From contig JBEGVZ010000102.1 of the NCBI GenBank assembly GCA_041178085.1, positions 1 to 41,895 of the forward strand: a DNA stretch of 41,895 bases. The letters are read 5' to 3'. The first letter of the stretch is position 1. Each line of letters begins with the position of its first letter. The DNA is from Pseudomonadota bacterium (GTDB lineage Bacteria; Bdellovibrionota_B; Oligoflexia; Oligoflexales; RGVZ01). This document shows positions 1 through 8,543 of the stretch, piece after piece. A program made the position numbers and the translations under genes. The notes beneath the pieces are model-generated. The model did not search any database and had not been told where the DNA came from. It saw only the letters and a program-made list of their open reading frames with translations.

Positions 1-1214
1 GCCCGACCTGGATGGCTCTGCGCGGAATCATCCACATGGAGCTTGACCGTCCCAACGCTGCAGGCCTCATGCTGCGGGCCACTGGACACGACACGAGCAA
101 TCCGTGGGTCATGGAGCTGGCACAAACACTGGAAGTACGTGGCCCCGAAACCCACGAAGTCCCGGCGCTGATCCACACGGCAGGAGCTGTCCCCGATTAC
201 GTCGTTTGGTCCAGCCTGGTACGTGGTTTCGTGGCCATGAATCAGCGTCACCGAGCCGAAACCTGCTTTGACATCATGGACCGCATTTTTACGGGCAATC
301 CCCTCAAAGACACATGCTACTTCCACTGGACAAATGAGCTCGGTGACTGGTCATCAGCCCTGGAGCATGCAACTCATTTGACTTCCACTTTCCCTGAACA
401 TGCAGACTTTGCGTTCTTTGCAGCCTATGCAGCCTTCAAGCTGAATCGCTTCAACCAGACGGTCACCACCCTGGAATCGTCCAAAGCGCTCAAGGTCGAT
501 ACTGATGTTGATGCAACGCTATTGCTTGGGCAGGCGCTGAAGCAACTGGGTATGCAAAAACAGGATCCGAGGTTGCTTGATCGTGCCGTAGCGCAGCTTA
601 CGCGCGCTAGCCAGATGATGAGCCAAAACGGAATGAGCCCCATAGTCCCGGAACAGCTGATCCGCGAAATCCAGGAGGCCCTTGCTGAGGCCAGCGGAAC
701 TCACGGCGACAGCGGGACAGATGAATCCACCAGGCTTTTCCGGCCGACCAGGGCTTGGCTAGTGAAGCTTTCAGCACGCCGTTACCAGGAGCTCAAAACC
801 AGTCGCGAATCGCACATAGAACGCCTTGTGCGGCCGATGGGTGGCGACGCGCAGCCGGGGGACTTGTGCTTCTTTGCCGTCGACATCCCGGAAAAAAGGG
901 CCAATCGCACGAAAGGATCGTCGTGGAAAATCGCCGCGATTTACACGGTTGACTCTGCCCCCGTCTGGCACCCTTACTGGAAGTTCCAGTCTGCACTGCA
1001 ACTCTTCGCGATCCCGAAAAAAATGATCGCCGTCGATATCAACATCATGGACACAACGCCGTCACCAAAGGCTCTCGAAAAACTCCCGAAAGGGCATCCG
1101 TTCCGGTACGGGGTTTTCCAGCTTGAGGAAGGCGCACTCGACCTGATCCAGGAAGCGATCCGTCAGCATCAAGAGGCCAAACAGGAACAAGGCAAGGAAA
1201 AGTCGGCAATCTGA
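1..1214 (+). CDS. TPR-containing protein with C-terminal EVE/PUA-like domain (5' end probably outside the window)
   Basis: ORF 12..1214. The frame is open back to the window edge. It has TPR-like helices (AFFAAYAAFKLNRF, ATLLLGQALKQLG) and a C-terminal segment WLVKL...AQPGDLCFFA...IAAIYTVDSAP that resembles EVE/PUA folds. Confidence 0.55.
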   Translation, partial: PTWMALRGIIHMELDRPNAAGLMLRATGHDTSNPWVMELAQTLEVRGPETHEVPALIHTAGAVPDYVVWSSLVRGFVAMNQRHRAETCFDIMDRIFTGNPLKDTCYFHWTNELGDWSSALEHATHLTSTFPEHADFAFFAAYAAFKLNRFNQTVTTLESSKALKVDTDVDATLLLGQALKQLGMQKQDPRLLDRAVAQLTRASQMMSQNGMSPIVPEQLIREIQEALAEASGTHGDSGTDESTRLFRPTRAWLVKLSARRYQELKTSRESHIERLVRPMGGDAQPGDLCFFAVDIPEKRANRTKGSSWKIAAIYTVDSAPVWHPYWKFQSALQLFAIPKKMIAVDINIMDTTPSPKALEKLPKGHPFRYGVFQLEEGALDLIQEAIRQHQEAKQEQGKEKSAI

Positions 1215-1242
1215 AGGTCACGTAGCCGAAACGGAGGCGATC

Positions 1243-2202
1243 ATGAAAAAATCAGGAATTCTCTTGCAAGTTTTAATCGCGGCGACGATGGGCCTTAACG
1301 GGGCACGCGTGCTTGCAAACATCCCCCTGCCGGCACCGGCAAAAAAGGATATCGGAAACGCACAGGCGCCCGTGGAATCCGGAGCTGTGAGAGAATTGAT
1401 GAATAACGGCATCAAGCAAACCACTGATGGCCGGATCGAGTTACCACAGTCTGGTCTTTCACTGATGCCGCCCCCGGGTTGGAAGACCAGGGACAACATG
1501 CCAGGACTGTCCCTCGTCCTGGAATCTCCGGAAGAAAAAAACAGTCGCTATCGCCGGACAATCCAGGTCCGCACTGGAACAGGCCCCCGCTTTTTTGACT
1601 CTATCGGTATCAAGGATTTTGAAGAAGAGCTGGTCGAAAAACTGGGCAACCAGAACAATAATGTGAATGAATTCTCCATCCGCAATTCAGAGATTGTGAA
1701 GACCGATGACGGCCGCCAGGCGCTGCTAACCTATGCAAGCTTCAGCCTGAACGGTTTTGATATGATCCAGGCTCATCTGGTCATATCCAACATGGAACAG
1801 CATACGGTCTTGACCTATACCGACCTTGCAGAAAGCTTCGAAGACAACTCTGCAACGTCCCCGCTGGGGGTTGCGTGGGCCGCAATGAGCAGTGCCAGGT
1901 TTCCGGGCCAGCAACCAGAGCGTTTTGCCGGACCAATCCAGATCGCAGCCCTTGCAGGAATCGTCCTCGTAATCCTGTCGATCGTGATCACATTCAGAAG
2001 CGCAATGGCACGCAGGGCTTTGGCCCGCGAAGCCGACCAGGCCATCAATGGCAAGCCAATCGAGCTAGATGGTGGGGACAGCAACCCGGGAAACCTCTTG
2101 AGTGGTGACGTGATAACACTCAATCCGTCACCGTCAAACCTTGGTAGCGAGCAAACGGCATCCCTGCACTCAATGGAGCAGAAGCTGGATCGTGTCGCCT
2201 GA
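1243..2202 (+). CDS. Exported/membrane-anchored hypothetical protein (possible PsbP/DcrB-like periplasmic domain)
   Basis: GGAGG RBS, N-terminal signal peptide, 'LSLMPPPGWK' motif, and one TM helix (IAALAGIVLVILSIVITF) near the C-terminus. Confidence 0.6.
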   Translation: MKKSGILLQVLIAATMGLNGARVLANIPLPAPAKKDIGNAQAPVESGAVRELMNNGIKQTTDGRIELPQSGLSLMPPPGWKTRDNMPGLSLVLESPEEKNSRYRRTIQVRTGTGPRFFDSIGIKDFEEELVEKLGNQNNNVNEFSIRNSEIVKTDDGRQALLTYASFSLNGFDMIQAHLVISNMEQHTVLTYTDLAESFEDNSATSPLGVAWAAMSSARFPGQQPERFAGPIQIAALAGIVLVILSIVITFRSAMARRALAREADQAINGKPIELDGGDSNPGNLLSGDVITLNPSPSNLGSEQTASLHSMEQKLDRVA

Positions 2203-2228
2203 GTGGACTTACTGGCCTTAAGGGATCA

Positions 2229-3029
2229 TCAGGCCTCAAGACGGTACGTGAAATTCATATGGTCCTGGCCGACTTCATGGCCAGGACGCCCCAATAAACG
2301 CAGATCAATTTTTCCAGCCGCCAACCATGCCATTGCCGCCATCCTTGGCAAATGCAGGGGACAGCGGTCGTGACCGGCGCGCAGGATTTCCTTGGGCGCC
2401 GGGCCGGTGATGATCGCAAATCCACCGCGCGGCCCGACAAATCCATCGCCTTTGGCATGACGTGAAACCAGGACAGGTACAAAAATTTCACGCCCACCCT
2501 CAGGTGAGATCATGATGGTGACCTTGCGCTCGCGCGCTGGTTTCTTTTCGGTCGGCGTGGGCCGGTACTTTTTCCCGGCATGCTCCATGGCATCCCTGCG
2601 TGCGGCAGATTTCTCCGCGAAAGCCGCCTCGATTTCCTCAAGGCTAACCTTGCCGTCTTTGAGCAAGTCAGCGACTTCAACCCATTCTAAAAACGCTTTC
2701 ACTTTGACGACGCCGGGCGCAACATCGGGGCACTCCATCCAAAAGGGCGAGCCAAGGTTTTCGATGCGGGCATTGTAAGTCGTGTAACGGGACGGATCCG
2801 TCACTTTTGCCGACGGCCAGGCGCTGTATCGCATCGGCTCGATGCCAGCTGTGGTGGCCACAGGGGCAAAGTGTCCAGGAAAAATCTGCTCGCGGGAAAA
2901 GTCGGGAAATTTTTTCGGGTCTTGGTCGTGCAAGCGGCGGTATTCTTCAAAGGACTCGCGGACCGGTGCTACACCAAAGTCGTGTTCAAGGACTTTCAGG
3001 GATTTTTCTACCATCGGTGAATAACACAT
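2229..3029 (-). CDS. SOS response-associated peptidase (SRAP/HMCES/YedK family, abasic-site protecting)
   Basis: Start reassigned to ATG 3029 (GGAG upstream), giving N-terminal M-C-Y-S with catalytic Cys2. Also has TYNARIE, FLEW (Glu) and GHDRCP (His) motifs. Confidence 0.88.
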   Translation of the reverse strand: MCYSPMVEKSLKVLEHDFGVAPVRESFEEYRRLHDQDPKKFPDFSREQIFPGHFAPVATTAGIEPMRYSAWPSAKVTDPSRYTTYNARIENLGSPFWMECPDVAPGVVKVKAFLEWVEVADLLKDGKVSLEEIEAAFAEKSAARRDAMEHAGKKYRPTPTEKKPARERKVTIMISPEGGREIFVPVLVSRHAKGDGFVGPRGGFAIITGPAPKEILRAGHDRCPLHLPRMAAMAWLAAGKIDLRLLGRPGHEVGQDHMNFTYRLEA

Positions 3030-3266
3030 GAACCACACTCCAGGTATCAGTTCAGAAAGTTCGCACCGGACCATTGCGTCAGGTTGTCCTGATCCACCTG
3101 GGTCTCTTTTAAATTGCTTCTGAGTCGCATTTGTCCGCTGCGAATCGCCCGCGATATCTTGCTAAATCTCCGGAACTCATCAAGGAAAGACGAAAAATCA
3201 CTCCGACATTTTCCAGAAAAGTTTGAGCAAAATCATGCCTTTCAATCAATTCCATGGGGCACCAAA

Positions 3267-4235
3267 TCATTCCTTGATGTGAATGGTGGCCGTTCCACCC
3301 AGCCTGGTCCATAGTTCCTGCAGGTCATCGGGAAGAGTACTTTCAAACTGCACTTGTTTGAGTGTGACAGGGTGCTGGAACCCCAACTCTGCCGCGTGCA
3401 GGGCAAGGCGGGGAGCACTACTGGTGTCCGGAATGTCGCTGTCTCCACGGGCAGGCCGGCGATAGACACTGTCTCCGCACAGGGGATGACCAGCCTCACA
3501 AAGATGAATCCGTATCTGATGCGTGCGGCCGGTTTCCAGGCGGCACTCGATGAGAGAATATCCAGATGGCGTTGAGGCAAGACGCTTCACATGAGTGATC
3601 GCGGACTTGCCAATGGACTTGTTATGCGTGCTCCCGCGATAACCATCCCCGCGGTCTGTGACAAGAACACTCTTGATGGTCCCGCTCCGGACTTCGCCGA
3701 GGCAAATCGCCAGGTATTTGCGATGAATCGTGTGCGCGCGGAATTGCGCAGCCAGGGACTTCTCTGCTGCCGGTGTCCGCGCAAAAACCAAAATACCACT
3801 AGTGCCCTTGTCGATCCTGTGAACCACGCGCAAAGGTGGAACTTTGTGCTCTTCGACCACTTCGATCCAGCGCCGTGCCAGATCGATGAGCGTCGCAGGA
3901 GCCTTGCGGGGACGCTCTGATTTCTTTGTCTCGAAAGGCACACTTTCGATGCCAGGTGGTTTCTCAACCACAATCAAGTGAGCATCATGATGATAGACCC
4001 GTAAATCCGGCACATCAGACTGAGGCCTTGAGCCTTGCTCGCGGATCTGGACTTCAACGGAAAGTGCAAAGCGCCGGACAGGGTCTGCGACGACTTCACC
4101 GCCGGCAAGGACCCTGCCCTTTTCAATCACATCCCGGCACTTGCTCCAGGGCCATTCAGGGTGCAGGCGACGCACCAGGGCCGCCAGAGTCTCGCCTTTT
4201 ATTTCCTTTTTTTCCGGCAGCTTACGTCGATCCAT
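3267..4235 (-). CDS. RluA-family pseudouridine synthase (RluD-like, with S4 domain)
   Basis: VEKPPG, HRIDKGTSG (catalytic Asp), LETGRTHQIRIH, GD..Y and LALHA motifs. ATG at 4235 preferred over GTG at 4253. Confidence 0.93.
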   Translation of the reverse strand: MDRRKLPEKKEIKGETLAALVRRLHPEWPWSKCRDVIEKGRVLAGGEVVADPVRRFALSVEVQIREQGSRPQSDVPDLRVYHHDAHLIVVEKPPGIESVPFETKKSERPRKAPATLIDLARRWIEVVEEHKVPPLRVVHRIDKGTSGILVFARTPAAEKSLAAQFRAHTIHRKYLAICLGEVRSGTIKSVLVTDRGDGYRGSTHNKSIGKSAITHVKRLASTPSGYSLIECRLETGRTHQIRIHLCEAGHPLCGDSVYRRPARGDSDIPDTSSAPRLALHAAELGFQHPVTLKQVQFESTLPDDLQELWTRLGGTATIHIKE

Positions 4236-4351
4236 ATCGCCCCCTGACACCACTGTTTATAAACCATTTTCCGCATGCTAATCTGCCCCTAGTTTTCAAG
4301 CCATGAACCGATTCTGCCCATTTTGGCAGAGCCCCACGGAATGGAAGTGCC

Positions 4352-4933
4352 GTGAACCATTTTTTTGCCTACCTGTCGCGCATGAAGCTGATCCAGCGAT
4401 GGTCGCTGATGCAAAACATCCGGACGGAAAATGTCCAGGAGCACAGCCTGCAAGTGGCGGTTGTAGCCCACGCCCTGGGCGTCATTGGCAACAAACACTT
4501 CAAACGGGACTTGAACCCGGAACGTCTGGCTCTTCTCGGCATCTTCCACGATGCCACCGAAGTCTTTACGGGCGACATGCCCACCCCGGCGAAATATTTC
4601 AGCCCGGAGATCCGGGATGCCTATAACCGCATGGAAGCTGCGGCCGGCAAGAAGCTGCTATCTTTCCTGCCGCAGGAATTGCGCGCTGAGTATTCACCCC
4701 TGCTGCTCCCGGAAAAAGCCGACGAACATTACTGGAAAATCATCAAGGCCGCAGACTCGATCTGCGCCTATTTGAAGTGCCTGGACGAAGGTTCATCCGG
4801 TAACCGCGAATTCAACCGGGCAAAGCTCGCCATCGAGGAGAAGATCCGCGAGTACAAGATGCCCGAGGTGGACTACTTCATGAGCCAATTCGCGCCGAGC
4901 TTTTCACTGTCCTTGGATGAATTGGGGGACTGA
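4352..4933 (+). CDS. yfbR: 5'-deoxynucleotidase YfbR (HD domain)
   Basis: FFAYLSRMKLIQRWSLM, ENVQEHS, FHDATEVFTGDMPTP, KAADSICAYLKCLDE...GNREF and FSLSLDEL all match YfbR as I know it. Confidence 0.92.
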   Translation: MNHFFAYLSRMKLIQRWSLMQNIRTENVQEHSLQVAVVAHALGVIGNKHFKRDLNPERLALLGIFHDATEVFTGDMPTPAKYFSPEIRDAYNRMEAAAGKKLLSFLPQELRAEYSPLLLPEKADEHYWKIIKAADSICAYLKCLDEGSSGNREFNRAKLAIEEKIREYKMPEVDYFMSQFAPSFSLSLDELGD

Positions 4934-4947
4934 ACTGGGAGATCAAG

Positions 4948-5024
4948 TGGTGGGGATACTGTGACTCGAACACAGGACCTCTGCAATGTGAATGCAGCGC
5001 TCTAACCAACTGAGCTATATCCCC
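4948..5024 (-). tRNA. tRNA-Val(CAC)
   Basis: Reverse complement GGGGATATAGCTCAGTTGGTTAGAGCGCTGCATTCACATTGCAGAGGTCCTGTGTTCGAGTCACAGTATCCCCACCA. 77-nt cloverleaf, anticodon loop TT-CAC-AT, encoded CCA. Confidence 0.95.
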
Positions 5025-5034
5025 GGGATGGCGA

Positions 5035-5111
5035 TGGTGGGGGCACACGGATTCGAACCGCGGACATCCTGCTTGTAAGGCAGGCGCTCTAACCAGCTGA
5101 GCTATGCCCCC
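5035..5111 (-). tRNA. tRNA-Val(TAC)
   Basis: Reverse complement GGGGGCATAGCTCAGCTGGTTAGAGCGCCTGCCTTACAAGCAGGATGTCCGCGGTTCGAATCCGTGTGCCCCCACCA. Anticodon loop CT-TAC-AA, encoded CCA. Confidence 0.96.
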
Positions 5112-5135
5112 ACTCTGGCCGATCTTGAGGAACCG

Positions 5136-5165
5136 GTTTTAAGCTTTTGATGGTTGGGGTGTCAA
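5136..5165 (-). promoter_or_regulatory. Putative sigma70 promoter of the tRNA-Val pair
   Basis: Perfect TTGACA (minus strand, 5160-5165) with a weak -10 (TTAAAA/TAAAAC) 17-18 nt downstream, just upstream of the tRNA. Confidence 0.4.
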
Positions 5166-5172
5166 TTCAAAT

Positions 5173-5203
5173 GGTAGGCCTTCCGTCTTGCGAAAGGCCT
5201 ACC
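5173..5203 (-). terminator. Hairpin, probable intrinsic terminator of the metzincin gene
   Basis: GGTAGGCCTT...AAGGCCTACC inverted repeat about 60 nt after the stop at 5266, followed by ATTTGAATT on the minus strand. Confidence 0.6.
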
Positions 5204-5265
5204 TGCTCTTAAAAGTTAACCGCCGGCAATGACCCGGGAAACCGCGGGCCGGCCGGCCTGAGCCC

Positions 5266-7845
5266 CTAGGGAACCTGCAAGGACGACAGGATCGCCTTGT
5301 TTTGCATTACCCACTGCCTAAGCGGAGAAGACGTGATCCGCCCAACTTCAATCGAATAGACGCTCGAAGCCCCAAACGGATTTTGCAAGCTTTCGGTCAA
5401 GGACTTGCTGACCGCAACGCGCTCGGGAACAGCAAAATCGATTCTGTCTGACAGACCCTTGGTCAAGACTCCTGCCGCCATGACCCGGTCTGCATGGTTG
5501 TGCATGAATGCGGGCACCTTGACAGGCTTCGTGGTTCCATCGTCCTGGGTGTACTCACCCTCGACAAAATCTTTGCCTGTCGAGGTAAGAATGTCCGTGG
5601 CCCGGGAGAGCAGATGGGCACCGTAAGCGCCCTCAAACATGGGGCTGATCTTTGTCAGAGACAACTTGGCTTGCAACTCCGCAGCAACCAGCTTGGATGC
5701 AACCGAAGCAGCCAGCTCATCCGCAAGGCGATCCACCGCGGCAATGTCTTCGTCCGTCAAGTTGTACGGTTTGCCATTTGATGCCGTACCTGAGCGGTAG
5801 TTCCGGGCCAAGGACTTCAGTCCGTCCTTCAACTCTGCGATCTTTGCCGGGTCCACTGGTGCAAGCAGGGCATCCATGCCACCAAAACGCTCAATTTCTG
5901 ATTTCAAGTAATCATGTTGGGCTGTTTTGACCCGGTCGATGTTACGGCTGTTTACGACATCGAATTGACGCTGGATCCGGATCAATTGGACTGATTCATC
6001 CATAAGTCCAGCGATGATGGACTTGTCAGCCAAGATCGCCGAAGCAACAACTTCGGGAGCAAGTTCAATCTTATCGATCGAGCTCCGCGGACCTGTTTTG
6101 CTGTTTGCTACTTCATCCACGATAAATGAGAAAATGACGTCCCGCAGGCTAGAAATCCTGGTTTTGGACAAGTGATCCGCCATCTCGACCGGACTGGCGC
6201 CCACATCAAAACGCACGCAGTCCGCATGAGTCAGGGCATGGGAATCCGTGCAGAAAAGCGGCGCCCCGGTCTCCGGAACTGAGCCTTTCTTGTAAAGCAC
6301 ATCCAATGCGAGCTTGTCGTACGGCAGGTCAGCAACACCACGGGCAATTTGATCACCCGTCATGATGGATTCCTCGAAGGCGTTGTATTCCATCACGGAA
6401 GTGGTAGCCACTACGCCATCAGGCGTCTGGCCTTTGGTGAAATAGTCACGAACCAGCACATCTCGAACATCGGTCGAGTAATTCGCGCCCAAAGACCCTG
6501 CAAAATTATGGCGCAAACCAAGGGTATGCCCAACTTCGTGCGCCACCACTTCACGGACGTAGTCTTGCGACGCCTTGAGGATCATCGAATCGGAAGCGCC
6601 GTCTTGCAACATCGTCGCCAGCTTTTCGGCAAACCGACCGGCAACGTCACGCTCGCAAAGACGGGCCGGACTGAACCCCTTGAGGCCCATCACTTGCTTC
6701 TTCGCGTTATCGCCTTTACCAGCACCAAACTTGCGAACAAAATCGCGCGCGGCGGCTTTGCCACCGACAGCAAAAGCGCTGGTCATGAACACCTGGGCGT
6801 GAAGGATTTCGCCTGAACGAGGATCCATCTGGGCATCTGCGAACGCAAATCCTGCGTCATCAAAGTCAATCCACTGGATCAGGTTGTGATTGATGTCAGG
6901 CGCGCTGACGCCGACTGGGGCATCTTGAACCTGGACCAATTCAGCACCGTAAGCCTTGTTCCAGTACAGGACTGCATCCTTGACCGCGGCCTTGTAGTCC
7001 GCGGGGGTGTTTGCTGACACCGAGAAGACCACTGGCTTCGCCGTGGCAAACTTGGAGGCGCGGACAATCATGTCCACGCTGTTTAGCTGGAATTGAGTGG
7101 CCACGTTGAAGAAACCAACGTGATCGTAATCCGTAATCTCGGTTGGTTCGAATGTTGGATCAGGATTGTAAACAGACAGGTAATAACGCAAGCGCACCGG
7201 CTGCGGCAGCGAGATACCAAACATGTTCAGCGAGACCATGCCAACCTGGTCGATCGTCAAGCGGCTGTATCGAACTTCTGCTTTCTCGATGTAGGAGCGA
7301 TCCAGGGCGATACTTTCCCAACCCGGATTCCACATTGAGTCAAAGTCTGCCGCGTTCCAGTCAGCCGCACCAAAGACATTCGACATGCCCTTGTTGAAAT
7401 CGAAATAGACCGTCCCGCCCCTGGTTTCAATGACCGGGAATTCCGCCAATACCAAAGTGGCCGGAAGGTCTGCGGTAACGACATGGCCCTTGGTGGCTTC
7501 GAGCATGAAAACCTTATCGCCAACGCGCTTGAAAGCAACCACGCGGCTCTTCATGCCCTGGAATGACTGGACGGGAGCCTGCGCCACTATTGATGTCTGC
7601 AGAAGAAATTCTTTGTCAAAGGAGCCTTCTGCAAGACCAACGCGGGCGGCATTCTCAGGTGACATGCCTGCAGCCAGACCATCCGCGGACGTTACAACCT
7701 TGAAAGATTGCTCAATGCTCTCTGGTGCTTTGACCTCCGGGCGGGGATCGATGCCCTTCCGGGACTTCACTCGCCCACAACTCGCAGCGAACGCGGAGAG
7801 GCACACCAAATACACCAAAGATCTAGACACAAACGGACAACGCAT
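5266..7845 (-). CDS. Zinc-dependent metalloprotease lipoprotein (metzincin; DUF5117/DUF4953-EcxA-like)
   Basis: HEVGHTLGLRHNF zinc motif, SVMEY Met-turn, DPRSGEIL motif, lipobox-like FAASC. ATG 7845 has an AGGAG RBS. Confidence 0.9.
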   Translation of the reverse strand: MRCPFVSRSLVYLVCLSAFAASCGRVKSRKGIDPRPEVKAPESIEQSFKVVTSADGLAAGMSPENAARVGLAEGSFDKEFLLQTSIVAQAPVQSFQGMKSRVVAFKRVGDKVFMLEATKGHVVTADLPATLVLAEFPVIETRGGTVYFDFNKGMSNVFGAADWNAADFDSMWNPGWESIALDRSYIEKAEVRYSRLTIDQVGMVSLNMFGISLPQPVRLRYYLSVYNPDPTFEPTEITDYDHVGFFNVATQFQLNSVDMIVRASKFATAKPVVFSVSANTPADYKAAVKDAVLYWNKAYGAELVQVQDAPVGVSAPDINHNLIQWIDFDDAGFAFADAQMDPRSGEILHAQVFMTSAFAVGGKAAARDFVRKFGAGKGDNAKKQVMGLKGFSPARLCERDVAGRFAEKLATMLQDGASDSMILKASQDYVREVVAHEVGHTLGLRHNFAGSLGANYSTDVRDVLVRDYFTKGQTPDGVVATTSVMEYNAFEESIMTGDQIARGVADLPYDKLALDVLYKKGSVPETGAPLFCTDSHALTHADCVRFDVGASPVEMADHLSKTRISSLRDVIFSFIVDEVANSKTGPRSSIDKIELAPEVVASAILADKSIIAGLMDESVQLIRIQRQFDVVNSRNIDRVKTAQHDYLKSEIERFGGMDALLAPVDPAKIAELKDGLKSLARNYRSGTASNGKPYNLTDEDIAAVDRLADELAASVASKLVAAELQAKLSLTKISPMFEGAYGAHLLSRATDILTSTGKDFVEGEYTQDDGTTKPVKVPAFMHNHADRVMAAGVLTKGLSDRIDFAVPERVAVSKSLTESLQNPFGASSVYSIEVGRITSSPLRQWVMQNKAILSSLQVP

Positions 7846-7948
7846 AGGATTACTCCTGCCCCAAGGGTGTTCCATTTCAGATTCGATACGCTGTGGATAT
7901 CACAAAAAAGAACACGCGGTATTTCGAAAAAATACCGGGTTCTGAAAT

Positions 7949-7964
7949 TGTGATCACAATCACA
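7949..7964. promoter_or_regulatory. CRP/FNR-family binding site TGTGA-N6-TCACA
   Basis: aaatTGTGA tcacaa TCACAaaaa: perfect CRP core with A/T-rich flanks, about 110 bp upstream of the metzincin start. Confidence 0.6.
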
Positions 7965-7988
7965 AAAAAAAACTTATTTCATGAAATT

Positions 7989-8423
7989 TTATGAACCGGA
8001 GATTTCAAAGTGACAGGTGTCGGGGCTTGTCACCAGAGCAATTTCTTGCAGTTCCAACATCGCCTCAAGAAAACGGTTGGCGCTGGAAACAAACCGCAAA
8101 ATAACGTTTGCAGGGCCTTCGATCTCGAGGGAGCACAGATCCGAACTGGCATCGCGAGCAATCCGGCCAACTTGATCCGTTGCTGATTCCGCAAGTGACT
8201 CGATATAAAGATCGGTAGCCCGGTCCATCAATTGCGCCATCCGCAAGAAATCACACCCGGCGCCGGCGCATGGTTGCGCGACCGATTCGACCCGCCGGAT
8301 GGCGACGCACACTTCTCGACCTTCGGACGTCCCACAATCAAGCTGTCGCTCGACGGCCAGACCAGCAGATTCCAGAACCAAAGCGAAACCGATCGAAAGC
8401 AATACGACTCGCAAGAAGCGCAC
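7989..8423 (-). CDS. Secreted Cys-containing hypothetical protein
   Basis: Signal peptide MRFLRVVLLSIGFALVLESAGLA, 6 Cys in the mature part, GTG start with GAGG upstream. Confidence 0.6.
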   Translation of the reverse strand: MRFLRVVLLSIGFALVLESAGLAVERQLDCGTSEGREVCVAIRRVESVAQPCAGAGCDFLRMAQLMDRATDLYIESLAESATDQVGRIARDASSDLCSLEIEGPANVILRFVSSANRFLEAMLELQEIALVTSPDTCHFEISGS

Positions 8424-8543
8424 GGAAAACCTCGAAGTTTTTTTTGACTCTCTGTATTTTTGGATACGACATCAAATGACACATTGCAAACGATAGTTTG
8501 CAGCATGAGAGCGTCCCAAGGGTTTAACCCGCCAGCACGAAAG

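Noticed and set aside
3030..3266. Possible sRNA or small ORF in the SRAP-RluA intergenic region
   Set aside because: The short ORFs lack an RBS and motifs, and I recognise no structured RNA or terminator.
7892..7900. DnaA-box-like ATATCCACA (minus strand) in an AT-rich intergenic region
   Set aside because: Single copy with one mismatch, and no box cluster or dnaA/gidA context, so not an origin.
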